Origin: Saccostrea echinata
Taxonomy: Eukaryota
DNA: 64,000 nt
Direction: 5' to 3'
Assembly (NCBI RefSeq): GCF_033153115.1
Contig: NW_026889803.1
Span: 5,890,001 to 5,954,000 of the forward strand
Part shown: positions 62,935 to 64,000 of the stretch, piece by piece
Position numbering within the stretch: the stretch's first letter is position 1
Layout: every line of letters starts with the position of its first letter
Notes under the pieces: generated by a model
The model's database searches: none
The model's input: only the letters and a program-made list of their open reading frames with translations
Told to the model about the DNA's origin: nothing
Made by a program: the position numbers and the translations under genes

Positions 62935-63480
62935 ACAGTTGATAAACTAGGTTTATCGACTGTAAATTATAGTTTACAAACCGTAAACTATAGTAAACGA
63001 TTCGTTAACTATAGTTTTCATCTGTAAAACTATATTTAACGGTTGTTAACTATAGTTTACGAATGCTAATCTAAGTTTATCTGTCTGTAATTAAACGTTA
63101 ACAATAGATTTTGTTGATAAACATAGATTCACATCTGTAAACTATAATTTACAATCGTGAACTATAGTTAAGAGTTGTTAATCATAGTTTCACAAATCGT
63201 GAAACTATATTTATCAGATAAACTATGTTTTACATTCAAGTTAACCATAGATTTCGGTTGTAAACTATAGTTAACTGTCATTTATACTCACAAACTATAT
63301 TTAACAGACGTAAACTATACTTATCGATCGTAAACTATAGTTTTGAGAGCTAAACTATGATTCACATTTGCCAATCATAGTTTATCGTAATAAACTATAA
63401 TTCACACTCGTAAACTATAGTTAAGAGTTGTTAAATATAGTTTATGTATCTAAACACCTGTTAACTGTTAACGATAGTTT
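62935..63480. repeat. ~22-bp minisatellite array (GTAAACTATAGTTTAC core), probably a MITE arm
   Basis: More than 20 degenerate copies of AAACTATAGTT; the unit is itself palindromic. Confidence 0.8.
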
Positions 63481-64000
63481 TCAATTCGAAATTTCGCGTC
63501 ACCAATCGCGAGAAGCAATAATGAGGTATAGGTTTTATCAGTGCGGAGAATATTAAGGACACGTGTTGGGCATTATCTAAAGCAAAGACCGAGTTATATA
63601 TAATCAATATTACTTTCTCTATTTAAGGACACACGCAACGTAGTTTGAACTTTATTGTCTTTTTCCCTGGAGTTGAAGAGTTCCAATGCTTAAAGGAACT
63701 GTGTGCTACATTTTAATGTCTATATATGCTGCTGTACACTTCCTCTAAAACAAGTTTGAATGAACAAAACATCTAGAATATATGTTTAGTAATTTTTGTA
63801 TATTTTTCTTTGAATTATATAAGAATTTTCATTAATAAATATCTTTTCAAAACCCCTGGTAATGCATGCTGATTTTTTGTCTACGAACATCTGATGGCTC
63901 TATAATCTTAAATTAAGAATATCTTGAAAAATTATCAGTAGGTAAGGTACGTTGCGTATGTCCTTAAACAGGATTAATTGTATTTATTTTAAAATGTCAT

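Overview
Eukaryotic, AT-rich genomic DNA with spliceosomal introns and three N gaps. It is most likely a bivalve (oyster-like), inferred from Helentron-type non-autonomous elements carrying ~146-166 bp satellite monomers. The first ~19 kb is a pile of nested transposons. It holds a near-complete minus-strand Ty3/Gypsy LTR retrotransposon (2634-10615, GTAT target-site duplication) whose integrase ends in an AT-hook plus an H3K4me3-reader-type PHD finger. It also holds a hairpin-ended element inserted into an inverted copy of itself (10971-13750) and a second, decayed Gypsy element. Host genes reconstructed by hand from splice signals are a 13-exon SLC6 amino-acid transporter (29064-34194), a 5-exon ~384-aa uncharacterised protein with a degenerate PD-(D/E)XK-like motif (42683-49211), a frameshifted pseudo-exon (52004-52471) and the 5' part of a TERB1 orthologue (57641 onward, apparently incomplete in this window). 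The rest is dense with MITEs (TA, 3-, 8- and 9-bp TSDs), palindromic elements, Penelope-like RT relics and a Helitron 3' end. All family assignments come from motif recognition; no database search was run.
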